A stretch of DNA of 64,000 bases, taken from NCBI GenBank assembly GCA_947630445.1, contig CANRHQ010000002.1, positions 4,233 through 68,232 of the forward strand. The letters run 5' to 3'. The stretch comes from an uncultured Clostridia bacterium. Its GTDB lineage: Bacteria > Bacillota > Clostridia > TANB77 > CAG-508. Position numbers and translations under genes: made by a program. This document shows positions 1 through 11,444 of the stretch, one piece after another. Below the pieces are notes generated by a model. It did not search any database. It was given only the letters and a program-made list of their open reading frames with translations, and was not told the origin of the DNA. Position 1 is the stretch's first letter; the number at the start of each line of letters is the position of its first letter.

Positions 1-249
1 ATATTCTGCAATTTTTCTTATTGGTATATACAATTCACTTCCATCTGCTGTTTCTTGAACTAAAAGTATTTTTTCTATTGAATTAGTTTTTTGTCCATCC
101 AAAGTTATATTCGTTATAGTACCTCTTATATATATAATTCCATAAATAATTCCTATTGATATAATTATTAGAACAACTATACTAATAATTATTATAAGTG
201 ATAATTGTGGTTTCTTTTTCTTATTATATTCCTCATTATATAATTCCAT
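1..249 (-). CDS. Partial CDS (first 83 codons, continues past window start): membrane-anchored hypothetical protein
   Basis: ATG at 249-247 with AGGAGG 7 nt upstream; frame stays open to the window edge. Lys-rich N-terminus followed by a hydrophobic helix (LSLIIIISIVVLIIISIGIIYGIIY). Absent from the ORF track because there is no in-window stop. Confidence 0.55.
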   Translation of the reverse strand, partial: MELYNEEYNKKKKPQLSLIIIISIVVLIIISIGIIYGIIYIRGTITNITLDGQKTNSIEKILLVQETADGSELYIPIRKIAEY

Positions 250-260
250 GGAATCTCCTC

Positions 261-2547
<2,287 letters not shown>

Positions 2548-2562
2548 TTTTCTCCTCTTTAT

Positions 2563-3585
2563 TTACATTATAAACATTGCATCTCCAAAACTAAAAAATC
2601 TATATTTTTGTTTAATTGCTTCTTTATAAGCCTGCATTATATAATCTTTTCCTGCCAATGCTGATACTAGCATTAATAATGTTGATTCTGGTAAATGAAA
2701 ATTCGTTATTAGTCCATCTATGCATTTAAATTTATATCCCGGATATATAAATATTTTTGTATCCCCTTCTGTCGCTTTTACTTGTCCATTTTCTTCTGAT
2801 ATTGTTTCTAATACTCTACATGAAGTAGTTCCTACTGCAATTACTCTTTTTCCTTGTGATTTTGTTTCATTTATTTTATTAGCATCTTCTTGTTTTATAT
2901 AAAAGTGTTCTGAATGCATTTCATGTTCTTCTATATTTTCTACTTTTACAGGTCTAAATGTTCCTATTCCTACATGTAAAGTTACATTTGCTATTTTTAC
3001 TCCTTTTTTCTCTATTTTATTTAATAGTTCTTCTGTAAAATGTAATCCTGCTGTTGGAGCTGCAGCAGATCCATTATATTGTGCATATACTGTTTGATAC
3101 CTATTATTTTCTTTTAATTCTTTATGTATATATGGTGGTAGAGGCATTAATCCAATTTGATCTAATATTTCATTAAATATTCCATCATATTTAAATTGTA
3201 CTTTCCTTGTTCCACCTGGCATTACATCTAATATTTCAGCTTCTAATCTACCTTCACCAAATATTACTTTTGTTCCTACATGTAATTTATTTCCTGGTCT
3301 TACTATACTTTCCCATATGTCTCCTTCAATTTGATTTAATAATAAAAATTCTACTTTTGCCCCTGTTTCTTTTTTTCCATATAACCTTGCTGGTAAAACC
3401 CTTGTATTATTTCTTACTAAACAATCTCCCTCATGTAAATATTCTAATATATCTTTAAAAATCTTGTTTTCTATTGTTTTTTCTTTTCTATTTAATATCA
3501 TTAGTTTTGATTCATCTCTTTTATTTATTGGTGTTTGTGCTATTAATTCTTTTGGTAATTCATAATTAAATTCTGTTACTTTCAA
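2563..3585 (-). CDS. queA: S-adenosylmethionine:tRNA ribosyltransferase-isomerase
   Basis: 340 aa; N-terminus [19 protein letters not shown] typical of QueA; TTG start at 3585 with AAAGGAGAGG upstream. Confidence 0.95.
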   Translation of the reverse strand: MKVTEFNYELPKELIAQTPINKRDESKLMILNRKEKTIENKIFKDILEYLHEGDCLVRNNTRVLPARLYGKKETGAKVEFLLLNQIEGDIWESIVRPGNKLHVGTKVIFGEGRLEAEILDVMPGGTRKVQFKYDGIFNEILDQIGLMPLPPYIHKELKENNRYQTVYAQYNGSAAAPTAGLHFTEELLNKIEKKGVKIANVTLHVGIGTFRPVKVENIEEHEMHSEHFYIKQEDANKINETKSQGKRVIAVGTTSCRVLETISEENGQVKATEGDTKIFIYPGYKFKCIDGLITNFHLPESTLLMLVSALAGKDYIMQAYKEAIKQKYRFFSFGDAMFIM

Positions 3586-3620
3586 TTTGCTGATTCCTCT
3601 CCTTTTATAACTTCTTATAT

Positions 3621-3649
3621 ATTGTACTATTTTTTTGTATTTTTTTCAA
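3621..3649 (-). promoter_or_regulatory. Sigma-A type promoter upstream of queA
   Basis: Minus strand reads TTGAAA (3649-3644), a 17-nt spacer, then TACAAT (3626-3621). Confidence 0.55.
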
Positions 3650-3663
3650 TGTTTTTGTAAATT

Positions 3664-3703
3664 AAAAAAATAATATTTAATCCTTTTTTGAATTAAATAT
3701 TAT
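3664..3703 (-). terminator. Intrinsic terminator after the Trp-repeat gene
   Basis: 12-bp perfect stem (3670-3681 / 3692-3703) followed by a T-run on the minus strand (A-run 3664-3669 on plus). Confidence 0.5.
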
Positions 3704-3734
3704 CCTAATTTTTGATTGGTGTACCTTTTTAATT

Positions 3735-4157
3735 TTAAACTAATTTTTTTATTTTTGATGCATTAGCATCTCCAAGAGATTTTGATATTGAATCTTCATA
3801 AGACATTAAAATTTGTATAATATCATTTTTATCTTGTTTTCTGTTTTTTCTATATTCTTCCCAAAGTTTCTGATTTTCTTTCCAACGTTTTTCATTTTCT
3901 TCCCAACGCTTTCGGTTTTCTTCCCAAAGTTTCTGATTTTCTTTCCAACGTTTCTCATTTTCTTCCCAGCGTTTTTCGTTTTGTTCCCAACGTCTTAAAT
4001 TTTCTTCCCAGTGAGCTGTTTCTATTTCCCTACTCTTTTGTATTTCTTTTTTATTTTCTTTTATATCTTCTCTTAAATAATTTATTGCTTTTATATTTTC
4101 CAACTGAAATGTATTCAATGCTTGCAAAATTTGTATGAGTAATTCTTTTTCGCTCAT
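3735..4157 (-). CDS. Hypothetical coiled-coil protein with tryptophan-heptad repeats
   Basis: 140 aa; central HWEENLRRWEQNEKRWEENEKRWKENQKLWEENRKRWEENEKRWKENQKLWEEY with Trp every 7 residues; GGAGG RBS upstream. Confidence 0.7.
   Translation of the reverse strand: MSEKELLIQILQALNTFQLENIKAINYLREDIKENKKEIQKSREIETAHWEENLRRWEQNEKRWEENEKRWKENQKLWEENRKRWEENEKRWKENQKLWEEYRKNRKQDKNDIIQILMSYEDSISKSLGDANASKIKKLV
3857..3982 (-). repeat. Two tandem 63-bp coding repeats (21 aa each), built from 21-bp sub-repeats
   Basis: Units 3857-3919 and 3920-3982 are nearly identical (cttcccaaagtttctgattttctttccaacgttt...). They lie inside CDS 3735..4157. Confidence 0.9.
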
Positions 4158-4261
4158 ATGATGTTCCTCCTTTGAAATTTTTTTGATTTAAATATAAGAT
4201 TTAACTTTTATAAATATGAATTAATAATTTTGATAGTACACCAAAGATTATTGTGCAAAAA

Positions 4262-4296
4262 GAAAAAAATAGAAGCACAATAATTAAAATTATGCT
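4262..4296 (-). terminator. Intrinsic terminator downstream of ileS
   Basis: Minus strand AGCATAAT-tttaatt-ATTGTGCT (8 bp with one G-U) followed by TCTATTTTTTT. Confidence 0.5.
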
Positions 4297-4299
4297 CCT

Positions 4300-4328
4300 A
4301 TTATATTATTCAGTTTAGATATTGTCAA
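4300..4328 (-). promoter_or_regulatory. Consensus sigma-A promoter for the Trp-repeat gene
   Basis: Minus strand reads TTGACA (4328-4323), 17 nt, TATAAT (4305-4300), located just after the ileS stop. Confidence 0.55.
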
Positions 4329-4335
4329 GATATTT

Positions 4336-7300
4336 TTATCGACAAACTTCGACATCAATCATTAAATTTTCGCCATTTATGTTCACTTCAGTATATTCTT
4401 TTCTATCCAAATTGTAATAAACTTTTTCTGTTAATGTTTCCTTTTTTATTGTCTCTTCAAATCTCTTCATAGTATTTTCTAACATTTCATTTTCTGTTAC
4501 ATATAAATTTATTTTATCTAATACTTCAAATCCTTTATCTTTTCTCATGTTTTGTACTTTTGATAAAATTTCTCTCACATATCCTTCCTCTTTTAATTCA
4601 GGAGTTATAGTTGTATCTAATACTACTCCCATCTCTCCTTCACCAGCAAACGCATATCCTTCTTTTCCTTGCATTGTTACTAATAAATTTTCTGATGTTA
4701 ATGCAATTTGTGTATCATCTATGTCTATATATTCTATTCCTCCATTTTTTACTTTATTTGCTAAATCCATTTGATTTAGCTCTCCTAATTTTTCTTTTAT
4801 TTTAGGTATTAATTTTCCATATTCTTTACCTAATACTGGCAAATTAGGTTTTATTTCAAAATGAACATATTCTGACATATTTGCTTTTATAACTACATTT
4901 TTTACATTTAATTCTTCTTTTACTATATTTCCATAATATTCTGGTAATGCATCTGCTGATATTAACATCTTTGAAAGTGGCTGTCTGTTTTTTATGTTTG
5001 AACTATTTCTAGCACTTCTTCCTAATTTTACTATTGTATATGCTAAATCCATTTCTTGTTCTAATTTTTTATCTATTTCTTTTTCATTTACTTCTGGCCA
5101 ATAGCACAAGTGTATACTTTCTGGTGCTTGTTTTTGAATTCCTACAACTAGATTTTGATATATTTCTTCTGTCATAAATGGTACAAATGGTGCTGATATC
5201 TTACATAAATTTACTAATACTCTATATAATGTTGTATATGCCCCTATTTTATCATCTGTTAATTTTTCTCCCCAGAATCTCTCTCTATTTGTACGAACAT
5301 ACCAATTTGAAAGTTCATCAGTAAATTCTTCTATTTGTATTGCAGCTCCAGTTATATCATATTTTTCTAGTTTTTCATCTACTTCTTTTATTAATGTATT
5401 TAATTTTGATAGTATCCATTTATCCATTATGTTTTCTGACTTAAAGTTTGTATATTTTTCTGGATTAAATTGATCTATTTCTGCATATAGTACATAGAAT
5501 GAATATACATTCCACAATGTACTTAAAAATCCTCTTTGTGTTTCTTGGACATTATTTAGTCCTAATCTTGTTGGTAACCATGGACTACTACATGTGTAGA
5601 AATGCCATCTTGTTGCATCTGCACCAACTTCATCTAGTAATACCATTGGATCTACACCATTTCCTTTAGATTTAGACATTTTTTGTCCTTTTTCATCTAG
5701 TACATGCCCTAATACTATACAATTTTCATAAGATGATTTATCAAATAAACATGTTGAAATTGCAAGTAATGTATAGAACCATCCTCTTGTTTGGTCAACT
5801 GCTTCTGATATAAATTGTGCTGGGAAGTTCTTTTCAAATAGTTCTTTATTTTCAAATGGGTAATGCAATTGTGCAAATGGCATTGAACCAGAGTCAAACC
5901 AACAGTCTATTACTTCTTTTGCTCTTTTCATTTCTTTTCCACAGTGTGGACATTTTAAGTAAACTTCATCTATATATGGTTTATGTAATTCTATGTTATC
6001 TGGTACATTTATTCCTTTTTGTTTTAATTCTTCTATACTTCCTATGCATTCTTGGTGTCCACATTCACAACTCCATATTGGTAATGGTGTTCCCCAGTAT
6101 CTATCTCTTGATATTCCCCAATCTATAACATTCTCTAAGAATTTTCCGAATCTTCCTGTTCTTATTGTATCTGGATACCATTTTATTGTATTATTATTCT
6201 CTACAAGTCTATCTCTTAACTTTGTCATTGCAACAAACCAACTTTCTTTTGGGTAATATAAAAGTGGTGTATCGCATCTCCAACAATGTGGATATGAATG
6301 TAAATGTTTTTCTTTTGAAAATAATTTTCCATGCTCAGCTAACCATTTACATATATCTTCATTACAGTCTCTTACAAATTTTCCTGCCCATGGTTCTACT
6401 TCTTTTACAAATTTTCCTGATTTATCTACTAAATTTATAAATGTTATTCCATTTTGCTTTGATACTAAACTATCATCTTCTCCATATGCTGGTGCTATAT
6501 GTACTATTCCTGTTCCTTCATCTATTGTTACATAATCTCCATGTATTACTTCAAATGCTTTTCCTTCTACTTTTGCAAATGGCATTAATTGTTCATATTT
6601 TGTTCCTAATAATTCTTTTCCTTTAAATTCTTTTACTATTTCATATTGTTTATCTTTTAATACTGTTTCTACTACATCTTTTGCTAATATATAGTTTTCA
6701 TATTTTGGTTCTTCTTCTGTACCAATATTCGTTTTTGCCTCAACATATGTATATGATTTATTTAAACATAAAGCTAAATTTGATGGTAAAGTCCATGGTG
6801 TTGTTGTCCATGCTAATATATATGTATTTTCTTTTCCTACTACTTTAAATTTTGCAACACATGTTAAGTCTTTTACATCTTTATATCCTTGTGCTACTTC
6901 ATGTGATGATAGTGCTGTTCCACATCTTGGGCAATATGGCATTACTTTATGTCCTTCATATAATAATCCTTTTTCCCACATTTGTTTTAATGCCCACCAT
7001 ACTGATTCTATATATTCATTATGGTATGTTACATAAGGATGTTCCATGTCTACCCAAAATCCTACTTTTTCTGTCATTTCTTCCCACATTTTTACATATG
7101 TAAATACACTTTCTTTACATTCTTTTACGAATTTTTCTACTCCATATTCTTCTATTTGCTCTTTTCCTGATATTCCTAATTTCTTTTCAATTTCTAATTC
7201 AACTGGTAATCCATGTGTATCCCATCCTGCTTTTCTGTCTACATGATAACCTTTCATTACTTTATATCTTGGTATTATGTCTTTCATTACTCTTGTTTCT

Positions 7301-7476
7301 ATATGCCCTACATGTGGCTTTCCATTTGCTGTTGGTGGTCCATCATAAAATGTGAAATATCTTTGACCTTTATTCATTGCAAGATTCTTTTTGATTATGT
7401 CTTTCTTTTTCCACATCTCTGCTACTTCTTTTTCCATTCCTACAAATCCATTTTTTAATTCTACTTTTTTATACAT
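4336..7476 (-). CDS. ileS: Isoleucyl-tRNA synthetase (long, type-2-like form)
   Basis: 1046 aa; HIGH-type motif [11 protein letters not shown]; KMSKS motif; preceded by a T-box leader carrying AUC codons. Confidence 0.97.
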   Translation of the reverse strand: MYKKVELKNGFVGMEKEVAEMWKKKDIIKKNLAMNKGQRYFTFYDGPPTANGKPHVGHIETRVMKDIIPRYKVMKGYHVDRKAGWDTHGLPVELEIEKKLGISGKEQIEEYGVEKFVKECKESVFTYVKMWEEMTEKVGFWVDMEHPYVTYHNEYIESVWWALKQMWEKGLLYEGHKVMPYCPRCGTALSSHEVAQGYKDVKDLTCVAKFKVVGKENTYILAWTTTPWTLPSNLALCLNKSYTYVEAKTNIGTEEEPKYENYILAKDVVETVLKDKQYEIVKEFKGKELLGTKYEQLMPFAKVEGKAFEVIHGDYVTIDEGTGIVHIAPAYGEDDSLVSKQNGITFINLVDKSGKFVKEVEPWAGKFVRDCNEDICKWLAEHGKLFSKEKHLHSYPHCWRCDTPLLYYPKESWFVAMTKLRDRLVENNNTIKWYPDTIRTGRFGKFLENVIDWGISRDRYWGTPLPIWSCECGHQECIGSIEELKQKGINVPDNIELHKPYIDEVYLKCPHCGKEMKRAKEVIDCWFDSGSMPFAQLHYPFENKELFEKNFPAQFISEAVDQTRGWFYTLLAISTCLFDKSSYENCIVLGHVLDEKGQKMSKSKGNGVDPMVLLDEVGADATRWHFYTCSSPWLPTRLGLNNVQETQRGFLSTLWNVYSFYVLYAEIDQFNPEKYTNFKSENIMDKWILSKLNTLIKEVDEKLEKYDITGAAIQIEEFTDELSNWYVRTNRERFWGEKLTDDKIGAYTTLYRVLVNLCKISAPFVPFMTEEIYQNLVVGIQKQAPESIHLCYWPEVNEKEIDKKLEQEMDLAYTIVKLGRSARNSSNIKNRQPLSKMLISADALPEYYGNIVKEELNVKNVVIKANMSEYVHFEIKPNLPVLGKEYGKLIPKIKEKLGELNQMDLANKVKNGGIEYIDIDDTQIALTSENLLVTMQGKEGYAFAGEGEMGVVLDTTITPELKEEGYVREILSKVQNMRKDKGFEVLDKINLYVTENEMLENTMKRFEETIKKETLTEKVYYNLDRKEYTEVNINGENLMIDVEVCR

Positions 7477-7490
7477 ATTTATACCTCCTT

Positions 7491-7739
7491 TTATAATAAA
7501 TTTTTACTTTCTATTTCTTGTAATTCAAATCTATATTTTTGTTTAACATTAGGATATTTATTATGATCAACTTCTGAGATAAACATATCATATGGTCTAA
7601 TATATAATTCATTATTTCCATATAATGCACGATACACAACATATTTTTCTTTTGTTTCTGAATGTATTGCAATATCTTCTACTAAATATAGATCTCCTTT
7701 AAAGTGCTTATACACCCCTTTTAATTTTAATTCTCTCAT
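7491..7739 (-). CDS. DUF1653-family small protein
   Basis: 82 aa; [32 protein letters not shown] pattern characteristic of DUF1653; first gene after the T-box leader. Confidence 0.75.
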   Translation of the reverse strand: MRELKLKGVYKHFKGDLYLVEDIAIHSETKEKYVVYRALYGNNELYIRPYDMFISEVDHNKYPNVKQKYRFELQEIESKNLL

Positions 7740-7761
7740 ATTATCCTCCTTTAAATAAAAA

Positions 7762-7970
7762 TATAAAAAGTCCTAACACACAGTTATCCTGCATGTTAGG
7801 ACGAAATTACTATTCCGCGGTACCACCTATATTAGTATTTGATACTCTCTCTTTTTCTTTAACGCAGATTTACGACAATACTTACTGATTTTCAGTACTG
7901 TAACTAACTAGGTGATAACAAATAATTTTTACTTTCAAACTCACAGCTTTTGTTTGATTCTCTCTTAAGA
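7762..7970 (-). promoter_or_regulatory. T-box riboswitch leader (Ile-specific candidate) with terminator
   Basis: Minus strand carries AGAGAGA at the stem I base and the T-box sequence GGTGGTACCGCGG (7827-7815). Terminator stem 7802-7794 / 7778-7770 is followed by a T-run. AUC-A occurs at 7889-7887 and 7916-7914. Confidence 0.85.
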
Positions 7971-8014
7971 TATTATATTATTTGTGTTGTCCTCGTTTTT
8001 GTTTTTATATTTTG

Positions 8015-8290
8015 TTAAGCCTTTTTTGCAACTTCTACAACTGGATATACACTTACTTGCTTTTTGTCTCTACCTTTTCTTTCAAATTTTACATTTCCAT
8101 CTACTAATGCAAATAATGTATCATCACTACCTTTTCCTACATTAGTTCCTGGATGTACTTTGGTTCCTCTTTGTCTTACTAGAATATTTCCAGCTAATAC
8201 GAATTGACCATCAGCTCTTTTGACACCAAGTCTTTTAGATTCACTGTCTCTACCGTTCTTAATACTACCTTGACCTTTTTTATGTGCCAT
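8015..8290 (-). CDS. rpmA: Ribosomal protein L27, without N-terminal propeptide
   Basis: [24 protein letters not shown]... The ATG at 8290 has AAAGGAG 9 nt upstream. The track ORF start at 8299 is a GTG extension. Confidence 0.95.
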   Translation of the reverse strand: MAHKKGQGSIKNGRDSESKRLGVKRADGQFVLAGNILVRQRGTKVHPGTNVGKGSDDTLFALVDGNVKFERKGRDKKQVSVYPVVEVAKKA

Positions 8291-8349
8291 ACTTCTCACT
8301 CCTTTCGGTTTTCGTCTAGTTTATATTTTTTATTATTCCAATTTTTTAT

Positions 8350-8727
8350 TTATGCCTTTGTCTTTTCTGTTTTTACTGTTTTTTCAGCACTTTCAGCTTT
8401 TTCTGCTTTTTTTGCAGGTGTTTTTATTCCTGTAATTTCTACTTTAGTATATGGTTGTCTATGTCCTTGTTTTGTTCTTTCATTTTTCTTTGCTTTCATT
8501 TTGAAAACTATGATTTTTTTACCTTTACCATGTGAAACTACTTTTCCTTCAACTTTAATACCTTTTACATAAGGATTTCCTACTTGTATTTTATCATTAT
8601 CAGATACTAATACTACTTTATCGAATGATACTTTTTTACCTTCTTCTGCATCTAATTTTTCGAAAAATACTACATCTCCTTCTGCTACTTTGTATTGTTT
8701 TCCACAACTTTCAATTACTGCGTACAT
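8350..8727 (-). CDS. rplU: Ribosomal protein L21 with Lys/Ala-rich C-terminal tail
   Basis: [25 protein letters not shown] typical L21 N-terminus; directly upstream of rpmA. Confidence 0.95.
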   Translation of the reverse strand: MYAVIESCGKQYKVAEGDVVFFEKLDAEEGKKVSFDKVVLVSDNDKIQVGNPYVKGIKVEGKVVSHGKGKKIIVFKMKAKKNERTKQGHRQPYTKVEITGIKTPAKKAEKAESAEKTVKTEKTKA

Positions 8728-8825
8728 TAAAAATGCACCTCCCTTATTTGTATACTCGCTAATCCTTAAATAAAGGTAGTTATTTATTCATAACTTTTAG
8801 TTACCTTGACTAAGCGGATTACAGT
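8728..8825 (-). promoter_or_regulatory. Structured 5' leader of rplU (possible L21-leader type element)
   Basis: About 100 nt lie between the promoter and the rplU ATG, with nested stems (AGTTAT/ATAACT inside GGT/ACC). Assignment to the known L21 leader family was not verified. Confidence 0.35.
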
Positions 8826-8830
8826 TATCT

Positions 8831-8859
8831 ATTGTAACATATTGGTAAAATTTTGTCAA
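8831..8859 (-). promoter_or_regulatory. Sigma-A promoter of rplU-rpmA
   Basis: Minus strand reads TTGACA (8859-8854), 17 nt, TACAAT (8836-8831). Confidence 0.65.
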
Positions 8860-8935
8860 CTAGTTTTTATCAATTTCAATAAAAGTTGTATCCATATATT
8901 TTTCTGCCTAATATATACTTTATTCATTTCTTACA

Positions 8936-8968
8936 AAAATACATTACTCTTTATAAGTAATGTATTTT
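8936..8968 (-). terminator. Intrinsic terminator after the FGE-domain gene
   Basis: 13-bp perfect stem (aaaatacattact / agtaatgtatttt) with a 7-nt loop and a T-run on the minus strand. Confidence 0.6.
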
Positions 8969-9048
8969 CATTTGATAAATTATTATTCTTTATACAACAC
9001 TTCTTTAGTTTTTCCATTAAATTTCAATTTTAAAATTATTAACAGGTA

Positions 9049-10440
9049 TTATTCATAATTTACATAAAGAACAACTCGAAACCCAATACTGAAATCGCAA
9101 CTAGTTAATACATCCCAGCCGTTTGCATGCACAACAGATTCGGTCGCACCATCACTAAAAGAACTACCTCCACGCGGAACAACAAACATGTTTTCACCCT
9201 TAATGGTATGACTTGTTGTCCATTCCCACATATTTCCCGCCATATCATATATGTTATAAACTTTAAAATCGTCACTTGCACCTGTAGCTAATTCTAATCT
9301 ATTATTTCCAGTACCTTTTGGAGCAGTATTATCAGGTATTAATCCTTTTTCATATTTCTTGGCATAATCCCAAGCTGAACCATTCCATTCGTGCCTTGCA
9401 TATAAACAGTTTATTTTTGTGTAATCTGTAGTTTTATTATTCCAATAATTTCCCCATTTTACTGAATTAGTTATAGTTTTTTCAGTATCACTACTTCCTA
9501 ATATTCCATTAAATTTATTACATATTACATTCCATGCTTGACTGTCTACTAAAAAGCTATCAACACTACTATCTGCATCATACATGTTTTCTGCTACCAT
9601 CTTTGAATTTGGTTGAGTAATAAGGTTCCATGCTTGCACTCCTTTTTTACTTACAGGTTTATAACTTTTTATTGAACTTGTTTCACTAGTGTTTCCTCTT
9701 CCTGAGCTAGTATATGTCGCTGCTTGGGTTGTATAGAAAGAAGTAGCTTCACTTGGAATTCCAGCTTCAAATCTTGCTATATAAAAGCCTCCATATGTTT
9801 TTATACTATTTTGTCCTTTTTCTATTTGATTTTCTGCTACCCAATTATCTGTTGGTAAATTATTTGAATAGGTTTTTTCAAGCATAGTTTTATCATCAGG
9901 TGTATATGTATCTCTCCAACCTAAACCATTTCCAGTTCCAGCCGTTGTTGCACTACCAGAAGTATTTCCATTGTCTTTATATTCATTATTAGATGACCAA
10001 TGATTATCCATTACATCATCTTTTGCACTTGTATATTCTGTTTCTGTACATGGTATCCATACAAATTCATTTCCATTTGTATCATCTATTATTACTAATC
10101 CTGTACTTATCGTTTGTTCATCTTTTTGACTTGATACTCTAAATCCTTTAGGAATAGTTGCATAATCTACACCATCTGTATAATTATTTTTTATTGTTTT
10201 TGTTGCTACTTCTCCTGGTTTTAATTTTATATATTCATCGTAAATTTCCTCTATACGATTATTGTCCTTGGAATAGTTCTCCTGTATCTGTTTTATTTGT
10301 TGATCTTGCGTCTGGATTTTATTTAAATTAGATATATACACTCCTACTAACACAAATGTAAAGAACAAACATGCTAATAGTACAAATAATGTTATTGCTC
10401 CATTTTCGTTTGATTTAACACCTTTATTTTTCTTCTGCAT
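9049..10440 (-). CDS. Membrane-anchored protein with C-terminal FGE-sulfatase (SUMF1-like) domain
   Basis: C-terminus reads YDMAGNMWEWTTS ... RGGSSFSDG ... IGFRVVLY, the hallmark motifs of the formylglycine-generating-enzyme/sulfatase-modifying fold. N-terminal hydrophobic segment NGAITLFVLLACLFFTFVLVGVYISN. The likely start is the ATG at 10440 (AAGGTGG RBS); the track start at 10449 is GTG. Confidence 0.8.
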   Translation of the reverse strand: MQKKNKGVKSNENGAITLFVLLACLFFTFVLVGVYISNLNKIQTQDQQIKQIQENYSKDNNRIEEIYDEYIKLKPGEVATKTIKNNYTDGVDYATIPKGFRVSSQKDEQTISTGLVIIDDTNGNEFVWIPCTETEYTSAKDDVMDNHWSSNNEYKDNGNTSGSATTAGTGNGLGWRDTYTPDDKTMLEKTYSNNLPTDNWVAENQIEKGQNSIKTYGGFYIARFEAGIPSEATSFYTTQAATYTSSGRGNTSETSSIKSYKPVSKKGVQAWNLITQPNSKMVAENMYDADSSVDSFLVDSQAWNVICNKFNGILGSSDTEKTITNSVKWGNYWNNKTTDYTKINCLYARHEWNGSAWDYAKKYEKGLIPDNTAPKGTGNNRLELATGASDDFKVYNIYDMAGNMWEWTTSHTIKGENMFVVPRGGSSFSDGATESVVHANGWDVLTSCDFSIGFRVVLYVNYE

Positions 10441-10492
10441 CTTATCCACCTTTCATATATTTAATTATATAATATTAATTAAAATATGTTTA

Positions 10493-11443
10493 TTATCTAT
10501 TTGTTATTTCTTCTAAATCAAGAAGTTCTTGCCATCTTAAATCAACTTCTTTTTGGAATTCTTCTATCATCCATTCATTTCCTGGTTTAAACATATGTTT
10601 AAATCTTTTTTGAGGGCGTAAAAATTCTTCTATTGGAAGTTTCTTTGCTGGTTTGAATGTTATTTTATATTTTCCATCTACTACTTCATATAATGGCCAA
10701 TAACATGTATCCACAGCTAATTTATTTATTTTCATTAAATCTTCTGTTGCATATCCCCATCCTCTTGGGCATGGAGCTAATACATTTAAAAATGCTGGAC
10801 CTTCTGTATATATAGCTTTTTCTGCTTTCTCATATAAATCTTTAAAATTTGTCATTGCAAGTGTTTGACCAACATATGGTATATGGTGTCCTACCATTAT
10901 TTTAGCTAAATCTTTTCTTGCTTGCATTTTTCCTGGTATTACTTTTCCAGCTGGTGATGTTGTTGTATCTGCGAATCTAGGTGTTGCAGATGAACGTTGG
11001 ATACCAGTATTCATATATGCTCCATTGTCATAACAAACATATACCATGTCATGACCTCTTTCCATTGCACCTGATAAACTTTGTAATCCTATATCATATG
11101 TTCCTCCATCACCACCAAATGCTATAAATTTAGTATGCTTATCATCTGGTAATTTTTCTTGTCTTTTTAATGATTTATATGCTGCTTCGGCACCTGCACA
11201 AGTTGCTCCTGCACATTCAAATGCTGTATGTATAAATGAATCTGTCCATGCTGTATATGGATAAATAAATGTTGATACTTCCATACATCCAGTTGCATTT
11301 GTAACTACTGCATGATCTTCAGGTTTTAATGCTCTCATAACCATTCTACCAACTACAGGGGCTCCACAACCTGCACACATCCTGTGTCCTTCAGTGAATC
11401 TTGATGGCTTATTTGCTACTACATCTTTTAAATCATATGCCAT
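10493..11443 (-). CDS. porB: 2-oxoacid (pyruvate/ketoisovalerate-type):ferredoxin oxidoreductase, beta (TPP-binding) subunit
   Basis: 316 aa; CAGCGAP and GGDGGTYDIG TPP motifs. Confidence 0.9.
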   Translation of the reverse strand: MAYDLKDVVANKPSRFTEGHRMCAGCGAPVVGRMVMRALKPEDHAVVTNATGCMEVSTFIYPYTAWTDSFIHTAFECAGATCAGAEAAYKSLKRQEKLPDDKHTKFIAFGGDGGTYDIGLQSLSGAMERGHDMVYVCYDNGAYMNTGIQRSSATPRFADTTTSPAGKVIPGKMQARKDLAKIMVGHHIPYVGQTLAMTNFKDLYEKAEKAIYTEGPAFLNVLAPCPRGWGYATEDLMKINKLAVDTCYWPLYEVVDGKYKITFKPAKKLPIEEFLRPQKRFKHMFKPGNEWMIEEFQKEVDLRWQELLDLEEITNR

Positions 11444-11444
11444 A

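Noticed and set aside
3586-3734. A preQ1 or other riboswitch upstream of queA.
   Set aside because: The spacer holds only a promoter and the upstream gene's AT-rich terminator. I saw no preQ1-type hairpin with a conserved loop.
3857-3982. The tandem 63-bp repeats as a CRISPR array or minisatellite.
   Set aside because: There are only two units plus degenerate 21-bp sub-repeats, with no spacers. They are fully in frame within a CDS, where they encode heptad repeats.
10330-10440. The N-terminus of the FGE-domain protein as a bona fide type IV prepilin signal for the nearby A24 peptidase.
   Set aside because: The canonical G-(F/M)-T-L-x-E cleavage motif, with Glu at +5, is absent (NG-AITLF…). 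The resemblance to TadE/G-type leaders is loose. I kept it only as a remark.
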